The notes under the pieces were generated by a model, which saw only the letters and a list, made by a program, of their open reading frames with translations, was not told where the DNA came from and searched no databases. The position numbers and the translations under genes are program-made. This document shows, piece by piece, positions 19,795 through 29,668 of a stretch of DNA of 64,000 nucleotides. The stretch's first letter is position 1. Every line of letters begins with the position of its first letter. The DNA comes from a virus: positions 73,688 through 137,687 of IMG/VR virus record IMGVR_UViG_3300043411_001170, one strand, 5' to 3'.

Positions 19795-20391
19795 ATGACT
19801 ACTGTAGAATTTCAGAAATTTGCACTGCGATTAGGAAAAACTGTAAACGAGTATCTTGATCAATTTCCTCTTAGAAGTTGGTTCTCGAAAAGAGAATTAA
19901 CGAGAAAAGACTACTTGGAAATAACCTATACTGAAAAAGTTCCATTATCAAGACTTATTGATAATAAATTGGAAAATGGGGGGACCGTTAATATGGATTT
20001 GTTTTATCAACAAATCACAGAAGAAGTTTGCAATCAGATCGTGACTGATGAGTTACATTATTTAAAGTCTAAATTTGAACAAATTGCATCGAAAACAACA
20101 CGAAAGAAACTCGCAGAGATATCTGATTTTTCTAAATACTATATTTTAGCAGGGAACGACGAAAGTATCCATAAATTCGGAGTATTAGATCAGAAATTCC
20201 ATATTTATTATGGATTACCTACAGAATCTATTTATTTGATCCCAACTGAGAATACAGGAGTATTGGAAATTCAGTCATTGTGTTCTACTTATAGTCCAGA
20301 ACCTGCTAAGAGGACTATGTGCTTTACATCTTACGAATTTGTTAATCTTATCTTAGAAAATCCAGAAGAAATAATCTGTCTATCTATTTAG
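19795..20391 (+). CDS. Truncated divergent paralog of the major capsid protein
   Basis: Colinear by-eye similarity to the MCP N-helix, the 'EIxxxxxVxLS' strand and the whole C-terminal strand set (see findings). Confidence 0.55.
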   Translation: MTTVEFQKFALRLGKTVNEYLDQFPLRSWFSKRELTRKDYLEITYTEKVPLSRLIDNKLENGGTVNMDLFYQQITEEVCNQIVTDELHYLKSKFEQIASKTTRKKLAEISDFSKYYILAGNDESIHKFGVLDQKFHIYYGLPTESIYLIPTENTGVLEIQSLCSTYSPEPAKRTMCFTSYEFVNLILENPEEIICLSI

Positions 20392-20446
20392 TTTTTTGAT
20401 AGGGTAATTTTTCCCCTATCTGGGTTTACAATATTTGTTCTGTGAT

Positions 20447-20484
20447 AAGACGTTGGATTTTAAAATCCAACGTCTTTTATTTTT
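20447..20484 (+). terminator. Terminator built on a perfect 30-bp palindrome
   Basis: AAGACGTTGGATTTT|AAAATCCAACGTCTT (20447-20476) followed by TTATTTTT. Confidence 0.7.
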
Positions 20485-20583
20485 GTATAAAAGAATTTTC
20501 GGCTGTATAGTTTATTTAACATAATAATTTTAGAATACATTTTTTAGTGTAGTTATCTGTAATTTTTTAGAGGTGAGATCTGT

Positions 20584-21357
20584 ATGCCGAACGAAGGAAA
20601 TTTTACAGCCTATGTCTGTGTGAAAGCTGTTTATGTCGGATTAAACGGTTCAAAATTGTCGAGAAAATTAAATATAGGAATGAAAGCTTTATTTGACGGG
20701 TCAACCGTTAAATTTCTTGATTCAGGTGGGGGTATGGCCCCCAATCAAAGTTGGGGTTACAATGCCGAATTCTTTTATCCTCAATTCCAATTAGCTATTG
20801 ATAATGGATTTTTCGTTGAGGATACTAATTATAAATATGAATTAGAAGTCTCTAAAAACAGTGTCATTACAGGTAAAAGATTAAAAAGACTAAACTTTAC
20901 AGGCACTGGAGTCTTTACTTCATTAGATCCTAATGACAATGAAATCGTAAATATTTCAATACCTGGAGGTGGAGGGGGTGGAGGTTCTGGAGATCAGATC
21001 GTAAGTCCAAGCGGATATTTTAATTGTACTATAGATGTATTAGTCGGTGATTTAGTATATATCGACGGACCAGATTCAGTAGAAGTCTCAGATAGAACAA
21101 TTATTAATACTACGCCGTGTGTAGGTATTGTAATAGATAAACCAGCAGCCACATCAGCAACTGTTCTATTTTCTGGTAGATGTGATATATTTGCTGGATT
21201 AAGTCCAGGATCTCAATACTATTTGGGACCATTTGGGGCATTAGCATCTTCTCCTCCTATAGAAAACGGTGAAGTTTTTCAGAAGATTGGGGTAGCTGTT
21301 AATACTACTACTCTATGGGTAATTATAGATCCACCAATAATAACAGAAAGCGTTTAA
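20584..21357 (+). CDS. Virion fibre-associated protein with C-terminal capsid-cement-like (DUF2190-type) domain
   Basis: Gly linker then 'VLVGDLVYI...CVGIV...ATVLFSG...GLSPGSQYYLG..G.L...QKIGVA'. Confidence 0.55.
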   Translation: MPNEGNFTAYVCVKAVYVGLNGSKLSRKLNIGMKALFDGSTVKFLDSGGGMAPNQSWGYNAEFFYPQFQLAIDNGFFVEDTNYKYELEVSKNSVITGKRLKRLNFTGTGVFTSLDPNDNEIVNISIPGGGGGGGSGDQIVSPSGYFNCTIDVLVGDLVYIDGPDSVEVSDRTIINTTPCVGIVIDKPAATSATVLFSGRCDIFAGLSPGSQYYLGPFGALASSPPIENGEVFQKIGVAVNTTTLWVIIDPPIITESV

Positions 21358-21369
21358 GGGTTATTATAT

Positions 21370-21846
21370 ATGAAATCTGTTTTTAAAATAAAAAAATCAA
21401 ATAAATCTTTGAAAGATAAAGATAATAAAAATCGCCGTCTATTAAATAAAGAAGATAAAGAAAATAAAAATGACGAGGAGTCAGATGATAAAGATAGTAG
21501 TTCTGACATCCTAGTAAAAAGATATAAATTAACAAAAGAAGCAATTAATTTTGCTAGAGGTCCAATATTTAGATTTAGGATTGCTTTTTCCGTACTTTTA
21601 GATACAGGAGAAACAACCATAAGACCTCAGAAAAAATGCCCTGTTATTGAAGCTGACGAAAATTGTATCTTGGAAACAAGTAATACAATGGCTCAAATAA
21701 GTATTGAAAATTTTATTCTTCCATCTAGAACTACGAGAAATGGAGATGGTATTCAGGGTGGAAATGAACATGCTTTTGTTGAATTATTAATTGATGAGCC
21801 TACTATGAGAGTAATGAATTTAGACGATTTATATTTTAATACTTAA
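21370..21846 (+). CDS. Hypothetical protein
   Basis: 158 aa in operon context. Confidence 0.6.
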   Translation: MKSVFKIKKSNKSLKDKDNKNRRLLNKEDKENKNDEESDDKDSSSDILVKRYKLTKEAINFARGPIFRFRIAFSVLLDTGETTIRPQKKCPVIEADENCILETSNTMAQISIENFILPSRTTRNGDGIQGGNEHAFVELLIDEPTMRVMNLDDLYFNT

Positions 21847-21875
21847 AAAATATATAAATAATGAGGTGTTATTAA

Positions 21876-23696
21876 ATGGCTATTCCATTAAAATTAGACT
21901 CAACTACTTTAAAGCAAAGACAATTCACCACTACAGATGATTTACAGATTGATGATATAATCAGGCGTGCAGGCTCTGGTAATATGACTATCGGTGGCAA
22001 CTTAGGTGCCGCCGAAGAACTTCAATTAGGTTCTGCAACATCTGATGTTCGTATTTTAGGAGATCTTATTGTAGATGGTTCTTCAACAATATCAGTTGAC
22101 GAAACTGTAGTTGGTACATTTACTGTAGAAGGCGATGTTAATCTAGGTGACGGTACAGGAGATACCATTAATTTAGGCGGTGGAACTTCTGATATTGTAA
22201 ATTTGGAAGCAGACTTAGTTTTAGGAGCAGGTATTGTTGGAATTGGTTCTTCTGTTACCGATTATCTATCAGATTTATGGCTAATAGCTGTAAATAATAA
22301 TGGACCTAATAATGATGCCTATAATTTAAGAGCTTCTGGAGCAAACGCTGGTGCTTATTCTATTGGTGTTGATCCTACAGGGTTGACTTATATCACAGCT
22401 ACGGATTTGCAAACGGCTCTTGAGGAATTAGATGCAGGAATTTCTGCATCGTCTAGCACTTTGCAACAAGCCTATGTTGCTGGAAATACAATCTCTGTAA
22501 CAACAGCCGAAGGTGCAATTCAATTTAGTAATACTACTGATGCCACAAACGTTTTAGAACTTAGTAAGTCTGGAGCATTTGGAGGTAACGTTCTTAACGT
22601 TTCAAATGCAGCGGCTTCTACAGGTGTCCTAGCATTTTTTAACAATGTAGGAACTGGAAGCGCCTTGCAAATTCAAGATGCAGGAGCAGACGTTCTTGTT
22701 ATCAGTGCTGCTGGTGCAATTACAGCAACTCCTACATCTGGACAGAATTTGGTCGGAACCGTAGCAGGTGCTGGGGTTATTGATCTAAATACAGGTGCTG
22801 GTGGAGTTACGGTTGATGCCACTGGTGGCGGAATTTCATTGGATGCAGGAGCAGCATCAAATTTCACAACTTCTGCTGGTGCTCTAGTTTTAGAGTCTAC
22901 AGCCGCTGATGTAGACATTAACGCTGGAACAGCCGTTACTATTGATGCTGCTGGTACAATTTCGTTAGATGCAGGTGCTTCTTCAAATTTCACAACGACT
23001 GTTGGAAACATTGTGCTTAATGCTGCTGCCATTATGGATATCGATGGTGGATCAGCAGTTAACATTGATGCTGTTACAGGCATGTCTCTTGATGCAGGAG
23101 CAGCATCTAATTTCAGCACATCAGCAGGAAATCTTACTTTTGATGCTGCTGCCGCAGAGTTAGTTTTTGACGATCAAGGTAATTCTGGAACGACTTTATC
23201 TCAAAATCTTGATCGTGTATTTGACGAAACTGGTGCAGGGGAAGTATTAAACGGAGCAACATCTCTTTTAGGTGCTATCAATAGATTGGCAAGAAGAGTT
23301 AGTGTTGCTAATCTATTAGAAGTAGAGCTACCTATTGAAAATACTATCACCATTGCAGCAGGAAATTGTGTAGCTGCTTCTACTGTTACAGGAAGAGTTA
23401 CAAACGCAACTTCTGCTGTTGGTGGGAATTTTAGATTTATCGGGATTTGTACGATTGGCGGAACAGGTAACGTTGGTGGAACTAATCTCGCTAGATTTGC
23501 TGTGTCTGGATATATCACAGATTCAGGTGCTGCGTTTACGGCAGGTGCAGCCCTTTATGTACCAGAAACAGCAGGTCGTCCAGTTGTGCAAGCAACTTTG
23601 ACTCTTGACGAAGGAGATATGGCAAAACAAATTGCATATGCCATATCTGGTACTACTTATGTATTGGGTCACGGTCTGCCTGAAACAATTATCTAA
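21876..23696 (+). CDS. Fibre protein with beta-helix-type repeats and C-terminal cement-like domain
   Basis: G/A/T-rich 606 aa; SLDAGAxSNFxT repeats; C-terminal 'IAAGNCVA...FIGIC...AVSG...FTAGAALYV...QIAYAIS'. Confidence 0.65.
   Translation: MAIPLKLDSTTLKQRQFTTTDDLQIDDIIRRAGSGNMTIGGNLGAAEELQLGSATSDVRILGDLIVDGSSTISVDETVVGTFTVEGDVNLGDGTGDTINLGGGTSDIVNLEADLVLGAGIVGIGSSVTDYLSDLWLIAVNNNGPNNDAYNLRASGANAGAYSIGVDPTGLTYITATDLQTALEELDAGISASSSTLQQAYVAGNTISVTTAEGAIQFSNTTDATNVLELSKSGAFGGNVLNVSNAAASTGVLAFFNNVGTGSALQIQDAGADVLVISAAGAITATPTSGQNLVGTVAGAGVIDLNTGAGGVTVDATGGGISLDAGAASNFTTSAGALVLESTAADVDINAGTAVTIDAAGTISLDAGASSNFTTTVGNIVLNAAAIMDIDGGSAVNIDAVTGMSLDAGAASNFSTSAGNLTFDAAAAELVFDDQGNSGTTLSQNLDRVFDETGAGEVLNGATSLLGAINRLARRVSVANLLEVELPIENTITIAAGNCVAASTVTGRVTNATSAVGGNFRFIGICTIGGTGNVGGTNLARFAVSGYITDSGAAFTAGAALYVPETAGRPVVQATLTLDEGDMAKQIAYAISGTTYVLGHGLPETII
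22830..23135 (+). repeat. Three ~41-42 aa intragenic repeats (xISLDAGAASNFTTxxGxxxx)
   Basis: SLDAGA starts at 22836, 22962 and 23085 (spacing 126 and 123 nt). Confidence 0.8.
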
Positions 23697-23767
23697 TAAT
23701 CTGAAAATAATAGGTAGTATTATTCATTTTTCCACGTTTTACTACCTATTGTTTTTTAGGATGAGTT

Positions 23768-24322
23768 ATGAAAAAACCTGTAAAATATAAATTTGGTTCT
23801 AAACTGAAGACACCTGTAAAATCTAGTGTTGTTTTAAAGTCTGTTAATTTATCCAAAGAAACAAAACCTGATAAAACCACAAAATATATTGATGAACCTA
23901 TAGAAATAGTAGATTTAGAAATAGACAAAGAAACACATGAAAGCAGTAATAGTATAATTGACTATGACCCATCTATTAATTGGGACGAACCATTTAAATT
24001 AGAAATTGATGATCTGGATAAATATAAAATATTAGCCCTAGCATCAAAAGAACAGAAAGAAAGGGATTTAATATCCGTTCCCATCATTAATAAATATAAA
24101 GAATTACTAAAAATAGAGTTGGATAAGGCATTATCGAATTGTCCATCTTTTATAAAAGCCAGGGAACAAAAAGATCAAGCTATAAAAGACTTTTTAATAA
24201 AGAGCTATAAAGATCTACCTAAAACCGTATTTGTATCCCGTTTATTTTTGGAAGAAGGATATGCAGAATGTGTCAATAATGAAGAAGAATCTGAAAAAGT
24301 TAGATTATTAATTGGGGTATAA
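23768..24322 (+). CDS. Hypothetical protein (possible fibre chaperone)
   Basis: Charged 184-aa protein between two fibre genes. Confidence 0.55.
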   Translation: MKKPVKYKFGSKLKTPVKSSVVLKSVNLSKETKPDKTTKYIDEPIEIVDLEIDKETHESSNSIIDYDPSINWDEPFKLEIDDLDKYKILALASKEQKERDLISVPIINKYKELLKIELDKALSNCPSFIKAREQKDQAIKDFLIKSYKDLPKTVFVSRLFLEEGYAECVNNEEESEKVRLLIGV

Positions 24323-24325
24323 ATA

Positions 24326-26752
24326 ATGGCTATTACATTACCTGGATTAGCATCTTATCACCTAGTAGGAGATAAACTAGTACCAAGAGTTTCTTGTGAA
24401 GCACCTCTTACAGGTGAAATCCCTTATTATGACGGTGTTACGGGTAAATGGGTAAATTTAAGTACAAATACCACAGACTTTGTATTAACAACGCAAGGTG
24501 TGGGAAACGCCCCCCAATATAAAGACGTAAAATCCCTATATACAAATGTTTTTGGAAAAACAATTACAGTGGATGTAGGACATCAACGAGCAACAAATAC
24601 AAGAGGATCTCTTTCTAAATATGATGCTAATTCTCCGTGGGCGGGGATAGCTGAAGCGATGGTGGCTGCTGCATCGGGAGATGCTATTCTTGTATACCCA
24701 GGAAATTATACCTTATCTGGGACACTTACTGTAAAAGACGGTATCTCTTTAATTGGTTTTGGTGAAATTTCTAGAATTACAGGAAGAATTGAATTTACAG
24801 CAGGTGCTACTGGAATCTACTTATATAATTTAAGTGTACAGAATACAAATGACCTATGCTTATTTGGTAACGTCGTTAATAGTATTAGAATAGAAAAATG
24901 TGATTTTCTATCGTCTTATACAACACAAGTTACAAAGTATACTGTGGAGTTTGCACAAGGCACTATTACGCTTTTAGGTTGTTTTGTTCGATTCAGTTCG
25001 ACAGATACTGGAGTGACAATAAACAATGCAGGTCTTATCAGATTTTCAGGAACAGCAGCACTTACCGCTAATATTGAATTTTGTGATTTGATTTATACTT
25101 CCGCAGACGATGATGATGAAACACGCCTTATATACGATACAAACACGTCAACATCTTCAACAGTAAGAGTAGTTAACTGTCGATCTGATTTCTCAAACAC
25201 TTCGACAACGCCTATATCCTTGCACCACTTTTATTATGCAGCAACCCACACGACAAGAAGATATGTAACACAAAATTTTTGTAGCTTTTCGTGGACAAAT
25301 GCAGGAACAAACAATTTTTTAGTGTATGCTGCTACTGTAGGTGGCTCTGCTGGTGGAAGTATTCATGTTTATGACAATACTGTAATATGGACTTCTACGA
25401 TCCCAGATACATCTGTATTTTTAGGAAGATCATCAGGCTCCAATGACTCTTTTTATGGTATCGATAATAATTTAAAATACTTTAATGATTTCTTTATTGC
25501 TCAACGTTATTATTTATCAGGTGATTTAGGATTATTTAATATCTTAAGTATAGCAAATTCAGATAGAGTTAGCATTGGTCGTCCTGATTCTAGGAAAGAA
25601 TTCTCTAGTGGAGAAGGATATTTTTCAATAGACGGGATGGTTGTTCTAACAACAAATAATACAGCAAGTGGTGTGAGTGATGGTGGTGGTTTCGTAAATC
25701 AAACAGCACAAGCAATCTCCCCCACAGGTACATTTTCTTTTCAAGGAACGACTGCCAACCATACCATACTTTTCGGATCTGAATTACAAACGAGTGCTGG
25801 ATATATTAAATATTGGGGATATCTAATAGATCAGGTAACAGCAGCAGTTGAGGTTACAAAAAGAAGTTTTGCTTTCGAGATTTGGAACGGTGCTGCTTGG
25901 GTTGCTGTAGGCTCAATGGCTGTTCAAAAAGAAAATACCTATCGTTACGCAAATGAAGTTTTTATTCGTGCAAATAATATTGAGATGATAAGTTTAGGTA
26001 TTGGGCCAGATACAACGTGGGTAACAAAAACGATAAATGGTTTTACTGGTTTTTGGACAAGAGTACGTATAACAAATAACTTAACTACCGCACCGACTTT
26101 TAATTCCATTAGACTGTCTAGATCTTCTTGCCATATTGATCAATACGGTATCCATTATTTTACAGGTATTTCAAGATATTTTGATTACCAACCCCATCAC
26201 GGAGGGGCTTTTGGTATTTCTGGTACTGTAGATGGAAGTTTTACAGCAGGTACAGGAGCAGGAGCACAGACTTGGAGTCACCAAGTTCGTCAAGGGCGAC
26301 ATAATGGTGATGGTGATTTTTCAAATATGGCTCTAAGAATCCCAGCAGGTGTAGATACTTCACTGCCTGTGGAAGTCGTCGCTTTGTTTGAAACTTCAAC
26401 AGCATCTGCGGCAACAGTAACCTTAACAATGTCATTATTGCCTGTAGAGGCAGTAGGTGTGTTGGAAGCCGACCCAACAGGAGGTATTGTGCCTGTGGCA
26501 AGAACAGAAGCAAATACTGAATTGGCTAATTCGAAAGCATCACCGAATACTGCGGTTACGTTAGACAATACACCTGCGGGGTATATTAGGCAGGCACGTT
26601 TTACAGGGTTTTCAATTGCAAATTATTATGAAGGAGATGCCATACTATTAAAATTTAATTTAACTACAAGAAATGGCGGCGTCATTGAATTATTAGCACT
26701 GACTGTCAGATTCGGTAAACTGATGTTGGGTGAAAACACACTACAAGTATAA
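24326..26752 (+). CDS. Spike/fibre with pectin-lyase-like parallel beta-helix
   Basis: Beta-helix cap 'PWAGIAEAMVAAASGDAILVYPGNY...LTVKDGISLIG', followed by 'IRIEKCDF' and 'NIEFCDL' rungs. Confidence 0.7.
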   Translation: MAITLPGLASYHLVGDKLVPRVSCEAPLTGEIPYYDGVTGKWVNLSTNTTDFVLTTQGVGNAPQYKDVKSLYTNVFGKTITVDVGHQRATNTRGSLSKYDANSPWAGIAEAMVAAASGDAILVYPGNYTLSGTLTVKDGISLIGFGEISRITGRIEFTAGATGIYLYNLSVQNTNDLCLFGNVVNSIRIEKCDFLSSYTTQVTKYTVEFAQGTITLLGCFVRFSSTDTGVTINNAGLIRFSGTAALTANIEFCDLIYTSADDDDETRLIYDTNTSTSSTVRVVNCRSDFSNTSTTPISLHHFYYAATHTTRRYVTQNFCSFSWTNAGTNNFLVYAATVGGSAGGSIHVYDNTVIWTSTIPDTSVFLGRSSGSNDSFYGIDNNLKYFNDFFIAQRYYLSGDLGLFNILSIANSDRVSIGRPDSRKEFSSGEGYFSIDGMVVLTTNNTASGVSDGGGFVNQTAQAISPTGTFSFQGTTANHTILFGSELQTSAGYIKYWGYLIDQVTAAVEVTKRSFAFEIWNGAAWVAVGSMAVQKENTYRYANEVFIRANNIEMISLGIGPDTTWVTKTINGFTGFWTRVRITNNLTTAPTFNSIRLSRSSCHIDQYGIHYFTGISRYFDYQPHHGGAFGISGTVDGSFTAGTGAGAQTWSHQVRQGRHNGDGDFSNMALRIPAGVDTSLPVEVVALFETSTASAATVTLTMSLLPVEAVGVLEADPTGGIVPVARTEANTELANSKASPNTAVTLDNTPAGYIRQARFTGFSIANYYEGDAILLKFNLTTRNGGVIELLALTVRFGKLMLGENTLQV

Positions 26753-26769
26753 ATTATTGGAAATAGCTT

Positions 26770-27633
26770 ATGGCAACATCATTATCCGCGACAATTAGTG
26801 GTTTAACGACATATACTTTTACACATAGTCTAAATCGCCTAGATCTAAGTGTTAGACTTATTGGTACTGACGGGGAAATAGTTAATAACTTTCTATCTCA
26901 AGTTATACCTGACCCAGCAAATCCGAAAAATATATTAATTATTAATTTCACTTCCGCTTTTACGGGTCGTGTTCAAATTGTTACCTTGGATTTAGTACAG
27001 ATTGCGGAACTTGTTAGAAATGCACCTACTGTTATCGGGATAAATAATTTATCAGCATCTACAAGTCCATCTACGTCAAATAATTTATTGCAGGGTTATA
27101 CCATAGGCTCGCAATGGTATAACACAGTTACGCAAGATTTGTTTATATGTACATTGTCCAATATTGCCACGGCTCAATGGACATGGCAATATAATAATAT
27201 TAAGTATATAACCCTAGAAAAAACAGCAGCAAACCAGACTTTTACAACAACTCTCGCGGATGTGACTTGGCAAACCACATCTCAAAATGTTACTGATTAC
27301 TACACTTTTGGATCAAATAGAATTACCCTAAATCAAGCGGGAGAATATAGAATTAATTTTGGATTCACATCCCTAACAAGTCAAAGCCAAGCAGTAGTGC
27401 ATCGTGTTGTTATTACTAGAACGAGATCCGCAGTAGATAATGTGATTAATCGTAGCGAATCTTATCTATATTTCGAGCAGAGTAATATCCGAGCATCCAC
27501 GAACAAATTGTTCGTGGATGCCTATTTAGCAAGTGATCAAATAAGAATGCAGGTACAGGTTTTTTCTGGCGGTGCAACAACACATACAATACAGACGCAA
27601 GGAACATTTCTACAAATAGAAAGGGTAGGTTAA
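26770..27633 (+). CDS. Fibre protein with C-terminal C1q/TNF-like jelly-roll
   Basis: 'GYTIGSQWYN' fibre knob; C-terminal 'ITLNQAGEYRINF...LASDQIRMQV...FLQIERV'. Confidence 0.6.
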   Translation: MATSLSATISGLTTYTFTHSLNRLDLSVRLIGTDGEIVNNFLSQVIPDPANPKNILIINFTSAFTGRVQIVTLDLVQIAELVRNAPTVIGINNLSASTSPSTSNNLLQGYTIGSQWYNTVTQDLFICTLSNIATAQWTWQYNNIKYITLEKTAANQTFTTTLADVTWQTTSQNVTDYYTFGSNRITLNQAGEYRINFGFTSLTSQSQAVVHRVVITRTRSAVDNVINRSESYLYFEQSNIRASTNKLFVDAYLASDQIRMQVQVFSGGATTHTIQTQGTFLQIERVG

Positions 27634-27634
27634 T

Positions 27635-28759
27635 ATGGATTATACATACGATATATCTCAGACGTTGCACGGTGTTGTTTCGCCTCAGGAAATGAAAAAT
27701 ACCATTGAACTAAGTGCTATTACAGTTGCTTTAGATAATCCCTTTCCAATTTCTGTTGGAGAAACAACTTTCACGATTACTTTCAAAGATGAACTAACTG
27801 TAGAAGAAGTCGCAATATTGGTATCGATAGTATCTCAACATACAGGTATCTATAATCCTGTAAAAGAGCCAAGAGAAGTAACATTTGCATCTACTATTGC
27901 ACAAACATCAGATGGAAGAATTAGAACCGTTGGTGAAAAGTCAGTTACTTCTAAGATAAATATCCATAGCCATGATTGGACTGATAAAACAACATGGTAT
28001 GGTGATTCTGTTCGTGTTGTGGATGAAGTCGCTACAAGCGTCGATTATATTACTTATTCATTAACACATCAAAGTATCATAGACATTTATCATGGAAAAC
28101 TCGTTAATGAGGATGTGCTAGAAGATTCTGCAAATAATTCCTATCGGGTTGTTGTAAAAGTTAATGACGTTACTAAAATAGAAAAAGATCCACATTATGA
28201 TATAATACCAAATCTTGAATATGTCTGGCATTATCAAGTTAACTATGATGACGGAAAAATAATTTTTCAAAATGCTCTTACAGAAACAGACGTAGTTGAG
28301 GTGACGTACCATTACGCTACTACCTCGACATTTTATGTCCGTCCTGCTCCTACGAAAACATTAGAGATAGATTATGTAGAGGGACAATTTTCGGACGATA
28401 TAGAAATATATGATACGATCACTTTTGAACCTTGGGGATATGCAGGAGTTTTTGCCCCTCAACTTGGATATCCTTTTTCGACTATGATCCCATTAGGCTC
28501 AAATTTCGTGTATAAGGGAATCAGAGATTATGTAAGTGATTCAACACATGCTTATCCGAATTATGGAAATCTATCTTCATCTACAGGGTGGAGAGGACTT
28601 ACCAATACTGTTACCGTATTCTCATGGAATTATGTAAGAGCAACTCAGTTAATTTCAGAGTATGGTATGGAAATTAGAATAAAATTACAACATGAAGAAC
28701 CTTTTGGAGGTTCATTCTGCACAGTTTCATTTTACTGTGGGGTAGTAGACCCCCCTTGA
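27635..28759 (+). CDS. Putative virion structural protein
   Basis: 374 aa, beta-rich; 'YQVNYDDGKIIF...VEVTYHY' domain shared with neck/tail proteins. Confidence 0.6.
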   Translation: MDYTYDISQTLHGVVSPQEMKNTIELSAITVALDNPFPISVGETTFTITFKDELTVEEVAILVSIVSQHTGIYNPVKEPREVTFASTIAQTSDGRIRTVGEKSVTSKINIHSHDWTDKTTWYGDSVRVVDEVATSVDYITYSLTHQSIIDIYHGKLVNEDVLEDSANNSYRVVVKVNDVTKIEKDPHYDIIPNLEYVWHYQVNYDDGKIIFQNALTETDVVEVTYHYATTSTFYVRPAPTKTLEIDYVEGQFSDDIEIYDTITFEPWGYAGVFAPQLGYPFSTMIPLGSNFVYKGIRDYVSDSTHAYPNYGNLSSSTGWRGLTNTVTVFSWNYVRATQLISEYGMEIRIKLQHEEPFGGSFCTVSFYCGVVDPP

Positions 28760-28780
28760 TTTTAAAAGAGCGTTTATTAT

Positions 28781-29080
28781 ATGTCTTGGCTATATCCAAT
28801 TGAAACAGGTAAAACTTTATTTGATTTATGGTCTGTTGTTCATTTTGCAGGATGGATGGCTCTAGGTGCAAACTGTGTAGCTGGACATTTACCAAATTGG
28901 GCCGTGTGGAGTGTTCTAGTAGCCAGTACGATCCTTTGGGAAACGGTAGAAAGAACTTTACTAAAGCACATGATTCAGCATCCTGAAAGTATGATAAATA
29001 GTTTTATTGGAGATCCAATCTCTAATAGTCTTGGTTTTTGTTTCGGTGTGTGGTTGGCTCATTATATATCAAAAACATAA
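28781..29080 (+). CDS. Small integral membrane protein, DUF2585-like putative metal-dependent hydrolase
   Basis: About 3 hydrophobic helices with DxWSxxH...WExxE...ESxxNS..D residues. Confidence 0.55.
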   Translation: MSWLYPIETGKTLFDLWSVVHFAGWMALGANCVAGHLPNWAVWSVLVASTILWETVERTLLKHMIQHPESMINSFIGDPISNSLGFCFGVWLAHYISKT

Positions 29081-29137
29081 ATTCTCTGCTTGGAATCAGA
29101 GAATAAATTTCGCTTAACAAGCGGGATATTTAGTGTT

Positions 29138-29656
29138 ATGAATATTTATTTTGGTTTTTCTACTAGCACTTTACCACTTTCTTACGTTGCCAGATGGTTG
29201 ATGAGATCAAAGGCAAGCCACACTTTCCTTCTCATCGAACTCGGATTTATCAAAATTGTAATAGAAGCTACATTTGGAGGTGTTAAATTAACACCTTATG
29301 AAAAATGGAAGAAGCACAGTAAGCTAACACACCTATTTGCATTAGGAACTAAAAGACCAGAAGCAATGGTGAATGCTGCGTTATCTGAAGCATTTAGTAC
29401 TATCGGAACTAAATACGATTATGCAGGATATTTCGGATTTCTTCCATTATATATTTTGAGATGGTTTGGAAAGAAAATACGAAATCCTTTTGGATCTGCC
29501 AGAGCTATGGCATGTTCCGAATTTGTTGTCCAGGTAAGAGAAGAACTACAAATTCGATCATGGATGCATTTCGATCCAGAATCTACATCACCTCAAGATA
29601 TTATAGACGTTTGCGAAAAATCTGACGAATTTGTAAGTGTTCCTTTTCCAAAATAA
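29138..29656 (+). CDS. Permuted papain-like NlpC/P60 enzyme (YiiX/YaeF/LRAT-like)
   Basis: His-before-Cys order: ASHTFL...IEAT..GV...KYDY...ACSEFV...SPQDI; ATG at 29138 within ORF 29090..29656. Confidence 0.75.
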   Translation: MNIYFGFSTSTLPLSYVARWLMRSKASHTFLLIELGFIKIVIEATFGGVKLTPYEKWKKHSKLTHLFALGTKRPEAMVNAALSEAFSTIGTKYDYAGYFGFLPLYILRWFGKKIRNPFGSARAMACSEFVVQVREELQIRSWMHFDPESTSPQDIIDVCEKSDEFVSVPFPK

Positions 29657-29668
29657 AAGAGAATTAAT

